Shown in pieces: positions 10,764-20,476 of a stretch of 64,000 nt of DNA. Made by a program: the position numbers and the translations under genes. The first letter of the stretch is position 1. Each line of letters starts with the position of its first letter. The stretch comes from Escherichia coli (lineage in GTDB: Bacteria; Pseudomonadota; Gammaproteobacteria; Enterobacterales; Enterobacteriaceae). The DNA is taken from assembly GCF_044324875.1 (NCBI RefSeq), contig NZ_CP172185.1; one strand, 5' to 3'. The notes below the pieces were generated by a model. That model ran no database searches. It had not been told where the DNA came from and saw nothing but the letters and a program-made list of their open reading frames with translations.

Positions 10764-11808
10764 AAGCTAATAATACATACACAACGGAAAGCGGAGCTAA
10801 AGGTACCAACAACCAGCAACGATGAAACCAGGCGCTAAAAGTACCAATAACACAAACTATGCCGACCCAGATAAGCGGGAACATTGCCATCACCACACCA
10901 TGTGGCCCGGTGGTGATGAATTCATTAAACCAGGTAGTGAGATAAATCCCAACGCCATAAAGCACAACCAGCAGCATAGGAAATATACTGAAGATACCGA
11001 AGCGGCTAAATAAAAGTCTTTTATGCAGGCGCATACAGACCGCGTAGCCCACAATCCAGCGCCGCCAGCGACGCCACTCCTCACGAAGGCTGTTGCATTC
11101 CTGTGGGTATACGATACAGCGATTCACCTGCCGAATACGGTAACCATTGGCGACCAATGTCCAGGTGAGATCGAGATCTTCAACTTTGGTACGGTCCGAA
11201 AAACCGAATTTACGCAGCACATCGGTACGGAACATCCCGCAGGCACCGCTGATAATAAACGGTGCACCACCCAGGAACTGCTGTAGCGTACGCTTCATAG
11301 CAATCATCGGCAACTTTACGGTGGCGCGGATATGTGGCAGCAGACCTGCCCCTTTTAACGCGGTGGAGGGAATTCCGCCAACGGCATCAGCGCCGCGCTC
11401 AATTTCTGCCAGCATATAGCCCATTCCATCACTGTCAGGTGGAACGAAAGTATCTGCATCACTTAAAAATACTTGATCACACGTGGCGTATTTTATTCCA
11501 TGCATTAGTGCGCCACCTTTACCGGTGTTTTTTTGCGTGACGGCAACAAAGCGGTCGCCCCATTTGCGTTTGACTTCCGCCATGACCGCTTCGGTATTGT
11601 CCGTGGAGCCGTCGTTAACGCAAATTACCCGGCAAAAATAAGGGTTACGCAGCAGATTATCCAGTGACTGCGCCAGACACGGGCCTTCGTTATAAGCAGG
11701 TATAATGACGTCAATACAGCCTTTCTTTTGACTGGGTTTACGTCTTAGCGTACTTAAAAACCATAGCAACATTACTATGGACATACAGATAAATATCCAA
11801 GTCTTCAT
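10612..11808 (-). CDS. yaiP: Family-2 glycosyltransferase (YaiP-like), membrane-anchored
   Basis: 398 aa; N-terminal TM, then …VIIPAYNEGPCLAQSL…VNDGSTDNT… (GT-A fold DxD-type motifs) and C-terminal TM helices. Confidence 0.75.
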   Translation of the reverse strand: MKTWIFICMSIVMLLWFLSTLRRKPSQKKGCIDVIIPAYNEGPCLAQSLDNLLRNPYFCRVICVNDGSTDNTEAVMAEVKRKWGDRFVAVTQKNTGKGGALMHGIKYATCDQVFLSDADTFVPPDSDGMGYMLAEIERGADAVGGIPSTALKGAGLLPHIRATVKLPMIAMKRTLQQFLGGAPFIISGACGMFRTDVLRKFGFSDRTKVEDLDLTWTLVANGYRIRQVNRCIVYPQECNSLREEWRRWRRWIVGYAVCMRLHKRLLFSRFGIFSIFPMLLVVLYGVGIYLTTWFNEFITTGPHGVVMAMFPLIWVGIVCVIGTFSAWFHRCWLLVPLAPLSVVYVLLAYAIWIIYGLIAFFTGREPQRDKPTRYSALVETSTAYSQPSVTETEKLSGA

Positions 11809-11821
11809 TTATGAAATCCAG

Positions 11822-12475
11822 TCATAACACCATTTTGTATATAATAAAACCTTCGCACATAGCGCAGTTTGCCTGTTGCCCTCTGAAACTGGCCTGACTA
11901 TGTAAATATTCATGTTGCATATATTTACGTTGACTCTGGCTTTTATGCTCTTTCAATGCCATTAATTTTTTATTAAATTCATTCTGCTCTATTGCTTCAA
12001 AAGCATGAGGGGAAAATGAAATCCATGCACTTGGTGTTTCATATCCCAGTATCTGAGGAATATAACGACAGGCAACCATTGATGCCTGATAAACAGCAAT
12101 ATGATCCTGATGCCTGTCAGAATTATTCATGGTATAAACTCTCGTAATTTCGACATCCTGAGGGATATCATTAGCAATTATATTTTCCAGGGAAGATATC
12201 ATGTCTCTTATCTGTAAATAAAGACGGGTATCCTCAAAATTAAGATGAATTGACTTGTCACATCCCAGTATTTTTAATGCTTTCTGTGACTCTTTATGAC
12301 GGTCAGTATCTTTTCCCCCACAACAACCGGGGGTCATAACTACCGCGATAGTATATATATTTCTGGCAGAAAAAGTTGCAAGAGATGCACCACATCCTAA
12401 TTCTATGTCATCAGGATGTGCACCTATTGCCAGTACACCTGTTCTCTTTCCTGAATATGTGATAGAATTTAACAA
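11822..12475 (-). CDS. yaiS: PIG-L/LmbE-family deacetylase (YaiS-like)
   Basis: 217 aa with …AHPDDIELGCG… and …HQDH… zinc-binding signature of LmbE-type N-acetylglucosaminyl deacetylases. Confidence 0.75.
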   Translation of the reverse strand: MLNSITYSGKRTGVLAIGAHPDDIELGCGASLATFSARNIYTIAVVMTPGCCGGKDTDRHKESQKALKILGCDKSIHLNFEDTRLYLQIRDMISSLENIIANDIPQDVEITRVYTMNNSDRHQDHIAVYQASMVACRYIPQILGYETPSAWISFSPHAFEAIEQNEFNKKLMALKEHKSQSQRKYMQHEYLHSQASFRGQQANCAMCEGFIIYKMVL

Positions 12476-13407
12476 GATACCTTCCTTATCTACTTCCTGT
12501 TATATGCTTCTCCCCATTATAAATATTACCATTGTATTAATTTCAAATTAACTAATTAACTTTCTCAGATGATGCCTGACATCAGTAATACACTGATTCT
12601 ATCTTGTAGTGAGGACTTTTAGCACCAGTTCACTGAGCTCATGCTTAACTGCATCATGGAATCTGATGTCAGCTGGCCTGTGACAGGAAAATTATCGAAC
12701 CGGAAAAGTAAAGTGGAACTGAATTCACACTGAAGGAGATATTTCGATTCACAGCATGCTGGCTCAAGGTTTGTTGAATAAATAGAACTTTTGGGTAACT
12801 GGAGGAGCTGAGCGCAACCGTAGCTTACACCGGCTCCCCATGGCAAAGTTAAATTTTAAACTCACCAGACAAGTCGCACACAGCCAGGTACTGCTGACCG
12901 AAATGAAACCGTCTTTTATGATCTGGTCGGCAGGATAGCGTCCTTCGTCAGAAATACTGGTATGTATTGCTCCGGCTCAGAGATTTAACTTCAGATACGG
13001 CAAACAATTGCTGGAAATTGTTGCGTAAGTCGTTGACTGAATTGAATATTTACTTAATCCAGAGAGTGCAGAAGAAAGTCATTTAGCGCAATATGAAGAC
13101 TTTATCGCAGCATGGCCCCCGTTTTGTGAAGCCTGGGGATCGTCCGTTATTACTGATGACGCTTATCGTACCGTTCCATGTTCTGGTCTCAGGTCCGGAC
13201 AGCCTGTTCCGTGCAATTTTCGATGAGCAGGGCATTCCTGCCTGGCTGGGGGAAACAAAATGCCGGAGCACGACAGCCGTCAGAATCGATCGTCTGGCAG
13301 GTATAAAGATATTGATGTTCTCTGTTTTGATCACGATAACAGAAAAGACATGGATGCGCTAATGGCAAGCCCGCTGTGGCAGGCTGCCCGCGTTCTGGAC
13401 AAAACCA

Positions 13408-13917
13408 TTGGATGCAAAGCGTGAGTATACGAATTGCGCTTTTCCCCGCGTCATTGCCGCGTTTTCTGTCGCCGTCATGCTTGCTCTGGTTGTATGCGTA
13501 GTCTGGCAAGTATTTAGCCGCTACGTACTTAACCAGCCAAGTACATTAACCGATGAGCTGGCACGCTTTTTGATGATCTGGGTAGGATTATTAGGTGCTG
13601 CATATACCGTCGGCGCGCAGAGACATCTCTCTATCGATTTATTTGCTCTCGCCCTGAATAAGCGCAAGCAATTACTTCTTAGTATAGTCATTAACATTCT
13701 CATTTTAGGTTTTGCCGGTTCGGTCATTGTGACTGGTGGCCTGAAATTAATTGATAAAACACTGACAACATCACAGGTATCTGCCGCGATGCAAATACCG
13801 ATGGGATACGTATATATCATTCTGCCATTAAGTGGATTGGTGATGATGTTTTATGCCTTGTGTTTTATTAATCAAAGCATTCAACAACTGAAACAACCTG
13901 CGCAGGAGGCCAGTTAA
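13408..13917 (+). CDS. TRAP transporter small permease (DctQ-like)
   Basis: 169 aa, four hydrophobic helices; directly followed by the large permease with overlapping stop/start. Confidence 0.7.
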   Translation: MDAKREYTNCAFPRVIAAFSVAVMLALVVCVVWQVFSRYVLNQPSTLTDELARFLMIWVGLLGAAYTVGAQRHLSIDLFALALNKRKQLLLSIVINILILGFAGSVIVTGGLKLIDKTLTTSQVSAAMQIPMGYVYIILPLSGLVMMFYALCFINQSIQQLKQPAQEAS

Positions 13918-15218
13918 TGGATAGTTATATCGCGCTTACACTGTTTGGCTGTTTTTTTGTGCTGGTCTTTATTGGTGTGCCCATTTCGTTCTCAATCGGT
14001 ATTGCCACTGTAGCTTCAATGCTGTTGATGTTTCCCTGGGATATCGCGGCAATCACTGTTTCGCAGCGACTGGCTAATGGACTGGATAACTTTGCCCTGT
14101 TGGCAATCCCCTTTTTCATCTTTGCCGGAACGCTGATGAACAGCGGCGGTATTGCGATACGTTTGATTAACCTCGCCCAGGTAATGGTTGGCCGCGTTCC
14201 TGGTTCGCTTGGTCATGTGAACGTCCTGGCGAATATGATGTTTGGTTCCATTTCTGGTTCAGCCGTTGCGGCAGCTGCTGCCGTTGGTGGCACACTGAAT
14301 CCCATTCAGACCAAAGAAGGTTATGATCCGGCATTTTCTACCGCTGTAAACGTCTCATCCTGTATTACTGGATTACTGATACCGCCCTCAAACGTGTTAA
14401 TTGTATTTTCCCTGACAGCTGGCGGCGTTTCTGTAGCATCGCTATTTATGGCGGGATATTTGCCAGGGATCTTAATGGGTCTCGCGGTAATGATAGTCTG
14501 CGGCATTATTGCTAAACGCCGTGGCTACCCACTTTCAGAAAAAGCAACCTTTGCTCAGGCATGTAAAGCGTTTCTGGATGCCTTACCAAGTTTGCTTCTG
14601 GTGTTCATTGTAATGGGCGGCATTCTGGGCGGCATTTTTACCGCAGCTGAAGCGTCAGCAATTGCCGTGGTCTACACATTTATTCTCTCGGTGCTGATTT
14701 ACCGGGAAGTAAAATGGCGCGATTTACCCAAACTGATTCTGGAATCGGTTGTTACCACTTCGATTGTATTACTGTTGATCGGTTTTTCCGTGGGCATGTC
14801 CTGGGCAATGACCAATGCTGATATTCCTTATATGATCAGCGACGCGTTGATGGGGATTTCTGATAACCCACTGGTCATATTGCTGCTGATTAATATCGTC
14901 TTATTAATTGTCGGCATCTTTATGGACATGACACCGGCTGTACTAATCTTCACACCAATCTTCTTGCCGATTGCACAAGAGCTGGGAATGGATCCGGTAC
15001 ATTTCGGTATTATGATGGTGGCCAACCTTTGTATTGGGCTGTTAACACCGCCGGTGGGTAGTGCGCTATTTGTTGGTTGTTCTATTTCAGGTGTGAAGAT
15101 TCAACATTTGCTTAGACCATTGCTACCCTTTTATACAGCATTGCTAGTCGCATTGATGATGATCACTTACATTCCACAAATCTCTTTATTTATCCCACAA
15201 TTTCTAGGGCTGATGTAA
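13917..15218 (+). CDS. TRAP transporter large permease (DctM-like)
   Basis: 433 aa polytopic membrane protein, MDSYIALTLFGCFFVLVFIGVPISFSIGIAT…; no cognate binding-protein gene in the window. Confidence 0.8.
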   Translation: MDSYIALTLFGCFFVLVFIGVPISFSIGIATVASMLLMFPWDIAAITVSQRLANGLDNFALLAIPFFIFAGTLMNSGGIAIRLINLAQVMVGRVPGSLGHVNVLANMMFGSISGSAVAAAAAVGGTLNPIQTKEGYDPAFSTAVNVSSCITGLLIPPSNVLIVFSLTAGGVSVASLFMAGYLPGILMGLAVMIVCGIIAKRRGYPLSEKATFAQACKAFLDALPSLLLVFIVMGGILGGIFTAAEASAIAVVYTFILSVLIYREVKWRDLPKLILESVVTTSIVLLLIGFSVGMSWAMTNADIPYMISDALMGISDNPLVILLLINIVLLIVGIFMDMTPAVLIFTPIFLPIAQELGMDPVHFGIMMVANLCIGLLTPPVGSALFVGCSISGVKIQHLLRPLLPFYTALLVALMMITYIPQISLFIPQFLGLM

Positions 15219-15356
15219 ATAATTAATAGCCGGACAATTTTTATTGTCCGGTAAAATTCATCGTAAGCGCTCCTTCTGTGCCGTCTTGTGGTGGTTGTCC
15301 TGTCTGGCAACAATCGCGTCCATCTATTGATGGACACGAACGATGTGGATTTGCCC

Positions 15357-16262
15357 CTATATATCCAGACATCTGTTATCACTTAACCCATTACAGGCCC
15401 GCTGCCGCAGATATTCCCGTGGCGAGCGATAACCCAGTGCACTATGCGGATGCCATTCGTTATAATGCTCGAACGCCTCTGCAAGGTTCTTTGCTGCCGT
15501 TAACCCGTCTGGTTTGGGCATGACACTGATGTAGTCACGCTTTATCGTTTTCACGAAGCTCTCTGCTATGCCGTTACTCTCCGGACTCCGCACCGCCGTG
15601 TTCTTCGGTTCAAGCCCCAACATCCGGGCAAACTGCCGTGTTTCATTAGCCCGGTAGCATGAACCATTATCCGTCAGCCACTCTACTGGAGACGCCGGAA
15701 GCTCGTTGCCGAAGCGGCGTTCCACCGCTCCCAGCATGACGTCCTGTACTGTTTCACTGTTGAAGCCGCCCGTAGTGACCGCCCAGTGCAGTGCCTCACG
15801 GTCACAGCAGTCCAGCGCGAACGTGACTCGCAGTTTTTCTCCGTTATCACAGCGGAACTCGAACCCGTCAGAGCACCATCGCTGATTACTTTCTTTCACA
15901 GCCACTCTGCCGGTATGTGCCCGTTTCGATGGCGGTACAGCGGTTTTTCGCTCAAGCAACAGCGCATTCTGGCGCATGATCCGGTAAATACGTTTGGCAT
16001 TGATCGCAGGCATACCATCAAGTTCTGTTTGTCTGCGAAGCAGCGCCCATATCCGACGATAACCATATGTGGGTAGCTCTCCGATAACATGGTGTATACG
16101 GCGAAGCACATCCGTATCATCCGTGTGACGGCTGCGGCGTCCGTCCTTCCAGTCATCGGCTCGTCTGAGAATTACGTGCAACTGCGCACGCGACACCCGG
16201 AGACAACGGCTGACGAAGCTTACTCCCCATCCCCGGGCAATAAGGGCGCGTGCGCTATCCAC
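15357..16262 (-). CDS. insD: IS2 InsD (OrfB transposase)
   Basis: 301 aa, [34 protein letters not shown]… with DDE core. Confidence 0.9.
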
Positions 16263-16630
16263 TTTTTTGCTCGCCCATATTCAACGGCTTCTTTAAGGAG
16301 TTCATTTTCCATCGTTTTTTTGCCGAGCAGACGCTGGAGTTCTTTAATCTGCTTCATGGCGGCAGCAAGTTCAGAGGCAGGAACGACCTGTTCTCCGGCA
16401 GCCACAGCAGTAAGACTTCCCTCCTGGTATTGCTTACGCCAGAGAAATAGCTGGCTGGCTGCCACACCATGTTGCCGGGCAACAAGGGAGACCGTCATTC
16501 CCGGTTCAAAACTCTGCTGAACAATAGCGATCTTTTCCTGTGTAGTACGCCGTCTGCGTTTCTCCGGTCCTAAGACATCAATCATCTGCTCTCCAATGAC
16601 TAGTCTAAAAACTAGTATTAAGACTATCAC
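16220..16630 (-). CDS. insC: IS2 InsC (OrfA)
   Basis: 136 aa, [56 protein letters not shown]…. Confidence 0.9.
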
Positions 16631-17482
16631 TTATTTAAGTGATATTGGTTGTCTGGAGATTCATGGGGCCAGTCTACTCCCGCATTAAAATATACTGTTC
16701 TTTCCGGATAATTACGTTAAAATAGACACCTGCGTGCATCTGTGTCAGACTCCGTTAGATACCAGCGTACATTGTAAACATGCCGGATGCACGCAATACA
16801 ATAATCGGTCTTTTCGGAGTTATAGTCACCAGGCTGGCATCCCGTAAATATGTATCAGGTAGCAATTCAGGAAGCGAACAAAAGCGCCTGGAGAAGGTTA
16901 TCTCTGATAATAATTTACATGAAATGTCTCCTTTATTCTTCGCGAATAAGGCCTTCAGTGTTCTCCCCTTTTCAGCAATTCTTACCGTAGTAATCACTCC
17001 TGCCTGTGTATAACACGAGAATTGCCAGAGTTTAACGTTTCGGTATCGTTATCCTGCATGATGTTGAACAGAACCGGGCGTGAATTCTGCGCCAGAATTT
17101 TCTTTCGAGGAACATTCCGGGTTATCTGTAGTACAGGAGGAGATTTTCTCCTATTTCAAATAAAATTCAATGACAGGTGAATATTTAAATATAAATGCAT
17201 CGCTTCAACAGAGAAATCGGAATTACGCCCGGAACCAGGTCTGAATGAATAATGGAGGAGGAAAAATAATATTATTGATGAAAATATCAAATCAAGTCCC
17301 CCTTCTCCTTCCCCAGCTTAAATATACTTACTTTTTCACTGGATAATATGTTATTGAATTACAAAGTTGATCCTGATATACATGATTTCCGGCTCTTGCA
17401 TCCAGTGATAACTTTATATACTCCTGCAAAGGCGAACTTCGTAAAAGTATACTTTTCTGTTGTAAGCATTGAGGTATCGAAT

Positions 17483-17707
17483 ATGAGTGAGAATACCGGA
17501 AAATCCCATGAAAATAAAATGGTTATTATTGACTGCGGGGAATATGATGAATACCTTCGTAACGCGTGGTTCCGAGGTTTTCGGGAAGGTTATGATATGG
17601 CGATGAAATTTGGATTAGGCTGCCAGCAATGTTATGAAACAGGTGAAAAAATAGCATGCGCAAGAGCTGAAGAATGCCGTAAAAAGATTAAGGTAATAAA
17701 ACACTGA
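17483..17707 (+). CDS. Small Cys-containing hypothetical protein (74 aa)
   Basis: ATG at 17483 preceded by GAGGT; MSENTGKSHENKMVIIDCGEYDEYLRNAWFRGFREGYDMAMKFGLGCQQCYETGEKIACARAEECRKKIKVIKH. The longer ORF-track start at 17348 lacks a ribosome-binding site. Confidence 0.4.
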   Translation: MSENTGKSHENKMVIIDCGEYDEYLRNAWFRGFREGYDMAMKFGLGCQQCYETGEKIACARAEECRKKIKVIKH

Positions 17708-17835
17708 AACGGGCTGTCTGATATTTCTGTGAGCTAAAAAGACACCGTAATACAGGTATCTCACAGTAACTGAAAGATATGCACATGCAGCCAGGGAAGA
17801 TTAAGGGTAAGGGAGGATATCCCTTACCTGATTGA

Positions 17836-18360
17836 TTATGGGATGATACCACAGGCAATTCTTGCACCACCGCCACCTAGAGGTTCAGGATGGTCATCAT
17901 GATTATCACCTCCTGCGTGGAGCATTAGCGAACGGCCATCGAGCTCCTTTAATTCAGATAGTCTTGGCGCAAGCACCGGGTAGGTTGCTTTTCCGTCATG
18001 AGTGACATAAAGCGCAGGGAGATCACCCAGGTGGCCATCAGGAGACCATGGACCGAGATGCTTCCCTGTTTTTTCCGGGTCAAAGTGACCACCTGCAGAT
18101 AAAGCAGCGACAGTTTTTCCATCTTTCAGGGCAGGAGCACAACTTGCGTTTTCATGTACATGAAAACCATGAATGCCGGCGGGTAAGGAGTGAAGATCAG
18201 GGGTGAACAGCAGCCCGTAGGGTGTCTTCTGGATGGTTATTTTACCAATATTTCGCTCTTTTCCGTCACTATCAACAAGATTCATTGTTACATCTTTGGT
18301 GGCTGCATATCCACAGGATGATGTAGCCAGAATCACAAAGGCAATAAGTTTACGTTTCAT
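17836..18360 (-). CDS. sodC: Periplasmic Cu/Zn superoxide dismutase (SodC paralogue)
   Basis: 174 aa with signal peptide; metal-ligand motifs …[10 protein letters not shown]… and …GGHFDPE…, …HLGDLPAL…, …[12 protein letters not shown]…. Confidence 0.85.
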   Translation of the reverse strand: MKRKLIAFVILATSSCGYAATKDVTMNLVDSDGKERNIGKITIQKTPYGLLFTPDLHSLPAGIHGFHVHENASCAPALKDGKTVAALSAGGHFDPEKTGKHLGPWSPDGHLGDLPALYVTHDGKATYPVLAPRLSELKELDGRSLMLHAGGDNHDDHPEPLGGGGARIACGIIP

Positions 18361-18455
18361 AAACCCTCTGTTAACAGGTTAAAGATTTACTCAATAACTG
18401 TTGCGAAATAACAGTCAGCCAGATTTCAGGGGGATGGCTGTGCGCGAAATGAAGC

Positions 18456-19535
18456 TTACTGCATCATGACCTCACGAACGAAATCTTTTTTGAGCTGTGT
18501 ACTGTACGCTTTGCCATAAAACTCCACCGTGGGCTCCGGGATCTCATTCAGATCCGGACGGAGCTGTTTGTTCATCGGCGTGGAGCCGAAGACTTTACTC
18601 AGTGCATGTTGCGTTTCAGGCTGAATCAGCCAGTTGAGGAATAAGCGTGATGCCGCCGGATGTGGGCTGTTGGCGGCAATGGCAGCGATGTTACCGCCGC
18701 CAGGCATGCCAAACTCCGGTACGTAAAATTTCAGCCGCGAATTGATAGCCCCGGTTTTTTGTAGTCCGACAAGATGATCTTCCCAGGATGGTGTCAGCAT
18801 CAGCTCGCCGTCATTCAGGCGTGTCAGACTATCAGCACCGGAGGCCGTGCGGGTAATTTTGTCCTTATTAGCGGCAAACCACTGCCAGCCTTTCTGCCAG
18901 TTTTTCACCACTGCCGGGTCAACGCTCTCCGCTTCGCTGTTAAACGTGTCGCCCTGAGTAGTGACGATGCGCTGGATAAAGGCTTCCCCAGCGCCGCCGT
19001 TGTTCGGGTCGTTATAGCCGAACTTTTTCGGGTTGGCGTCGATAAAGCTCTGCAACTGCTCCAGCGTTTGTGGCAGCGCCCGGTCACCCATCTGCTGCGG
19101 GTCGTAAGCAAATCCGGTCTGGTTGCCCCAGAACGCCACGGCATAACCCTGGGTGTCAACGTTCTGAATCTGGTGAATGGCGTCGCCATAGCCCGGCAAA
19201 TCGTCCACCTTCGCCAGCGCTTTCGCTCCCATTGCCACTGGCAGTTGCGCAACAGACAAGGCGATAACATCTATTTTACCTTTTTTTTTCCCCGCTTCTG
19301 CCAGCAACTTGTTCACGTTTCCGTCGATATTCCCTTCCGGGATGCGCACCTTAACACCGTACTGCTGCTCAAAATCCTTCACAAAGCTGCGCCACTGCGG
19401 CTGTAAGTACCAGACGTTAAAGGTCACGCTGCCCTCTTTTTTCGCTTGGGCAATCAGGTCGGGGCTATCCGCCGCCGTTGCCAGCGAGCTGCACAGCAGG
19501 CCGCCCGCCAGAATCATCACTGTTTTTTTCATCAC
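18456..19535 (-). CDS. ABC transporter periplasmic substrate-binding protein (PotD/PotF-type)
   Basis: 359 aa, signal peptide, last gene of a four-gene ABC operon on the minus strand. Confidence 0.75.
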   Translation of the reverse strand: MMKKTVMILAGGLLCSSLATAADSPDLIAQAKKEGSVTFNVWYLQPQWRSFVKDFEQQYGVKVRIPEGNIDGNVNKLLAEAGKKKGKIDVIALSVAQLPVAMGAKALAKVDDLPGYGDAIHQIQNVDTQGYAVAFWGNQTGFAYDPQQMGDRALPQTLEQLQSFIDANPKKFGYNDPNNGGAGEAFIQRIVTTQGDTFNSEAESVDPAVVKNWQKGWQWFAANKDKITRTASGADSLTRLNDGELMLTPSWEDHLVGLQKTGAINSRLKFYVPEFGMPGGGNIAAIAANSPHPAASRLFLNWLIQPETQHALSKVFGSTPMNKQLRPDLNEIPEPTVEFYGKAYSTQLKKDFVREVMMQ

Positions 19536-19553
19536 ATTATCTCCTGTAAAAGG

Positions 19554-20438
19554 TCAGGCTTTTCCCGTGGATTGCGACAGATAGTTCCCCTTCAGCAACT
19601 TCTCAATGATGACCATCAGGATGACATTGGGGATCACCAGAATCATCGACACCACCGCCGCATCCGGGCGGACGAAGGAGTAGCCAAGGAAAGAGTAAAG
19701 AATGGTCGGAACGGTGATAAAGTCCGGCGCGCCCAGCACGTATGAGATGCTGAACTCTTCCAGGCTTCGCACCAGACAAAAAATCAGCGCCGCCAGGAAG
19801 CTCGGTTTCAGCAGCGGCAGATAGGCATTGCAGAAGGTGTCCCACGCGCCGGAGCCCAGGTCGCGGCTGGCGTCGATCAGATCCTGCGGCACCGACTTAA
19901 ACCCCGCAGACATAATGCGGATCGAATAGGGCAGCGTCAGTACCGTATGGCCGATAACAATGCTGATAAACGCGTTGTCGATATTGAGGTTGATCAGCAT
20001 GGCGCTGAAAAAAATCCCGATCAGCATCCCCGGCATCACCAGCGGGATCAGCGTCAGCATCTCCGCCACCGCCTTACCGCGAAAGGTCATGCGCCCGAAG
20101 GCATACGCGGTGGGTAGCGACAGCAGCAGGCTGGCGACCGCTACCGCAGGCGCAATGGTGTAGCTGTTGAACAGCGCCTCGGAAAGCGAAGTCTTTTCCC
20201 ATACCAGCAGCCAGCGGCTGAACGACAGCACGGGCGGGAAGATATCCGGGTAGCTCCACGGATGGGCCGGGTCAACCAGCGACCAGAGGATCGCCATGCC
20301 GAACGGCATGCCCAGCCAGATCAGATTAGCGACCACGAAGAAGATCAGCGAAATCGTCACCACCCGGCAACCGTTGGCAGTGTGGCTCATTTGACCTCTC
20401 CTTTGCGGGTGGCGAACGGGGTAATCAGTGTGGCTCAT
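19554..20438 (-). CDS. ABC transporter permease (second permease); N-terminus carries a 16-aa duplication
   Basis: 294 aa; MSHTDYPVRHPQRRGQ-MSHTANGC…; the second Met is likely the ancestral start. Start overlaps upstream stop. Confidence 0.75.
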   Translation of the reverse strand: MSHTDYPVRHPQRRGQMSHTANGCRVVTISLIFFVVANLIWLGMPFGMAILWSLVDPAHPWSYPDIFPPVLSFSRWLLVWEKTSLSEALFNSYTIAPAVAVASLLLSLPTAYAFGRMTFRGKAVAEMLTLIPLVMPGMLIGIFFSAMLINLNIDNAFISIVIGHTVLTLPYSIRIMSAGFKSVPQDLIDASRDLGSGAWDTFCNAYLPLLKPSFLAALIFCLVRSLEEFSISYVLGAPDFITVPTILYSFLGYSFVRPDAAVVSMILVIPNVILMVIIEKLLKGNYLSQSTGKA

Positions 20439-20476
20439 TTGACCTCTCCTTTGCGGGTGGCGAACGGGGTAATCAG
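20381..20476. repeat. Perfect 48-bp tandem duplication across the permease-permease gene junction
   Basis: TGTGGCTCATTTGACCTCTCCTTTGCGGGTGGCGAACGGGGTAATCAG occurs twice in tandem (20381-20428, 20429-20476), bounded by the short direct repeat CAGTGTGGC. Confidence 0.9.

Larger units (their letters stand above)
15346..16676 (-). mobile_element. IS2, copy 1 (1331 bp, no target-site duplication)
   Basis: Ends TGGATTTGCCCCTATAT… (15346) and …CCAGTCTA (16676) match the IS2 termini. Flanks are CGATG and CTCCC, not identical. Confidence 0.9.

Noticed and set aside
9278-12475. Equating the deacetylase/GT2/barrel module with the pgaABCD poly-N-acetylglucosamine operon
   Set aside because: There is no PgaA-size porin or PgaD, and the deacetylase is LmbE-type rather than PgaB-type; only the general make-modify-export logic is shared.
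18774-19406. Long antisense ORFs inside established genes (for example 18774-19406 and 21724-22362 on the plus strand within the ABC operon, the minus-strand ORFs at 28694-31330 inside the SPATE gene, and the plus-strand ORFs inside both IS21-family copies)
   Set aside because: Each is fully embedded opposite a gene with strong family-level motifs; they are typical shadow frames of GC-rich coding DNA and have no start context of their own.
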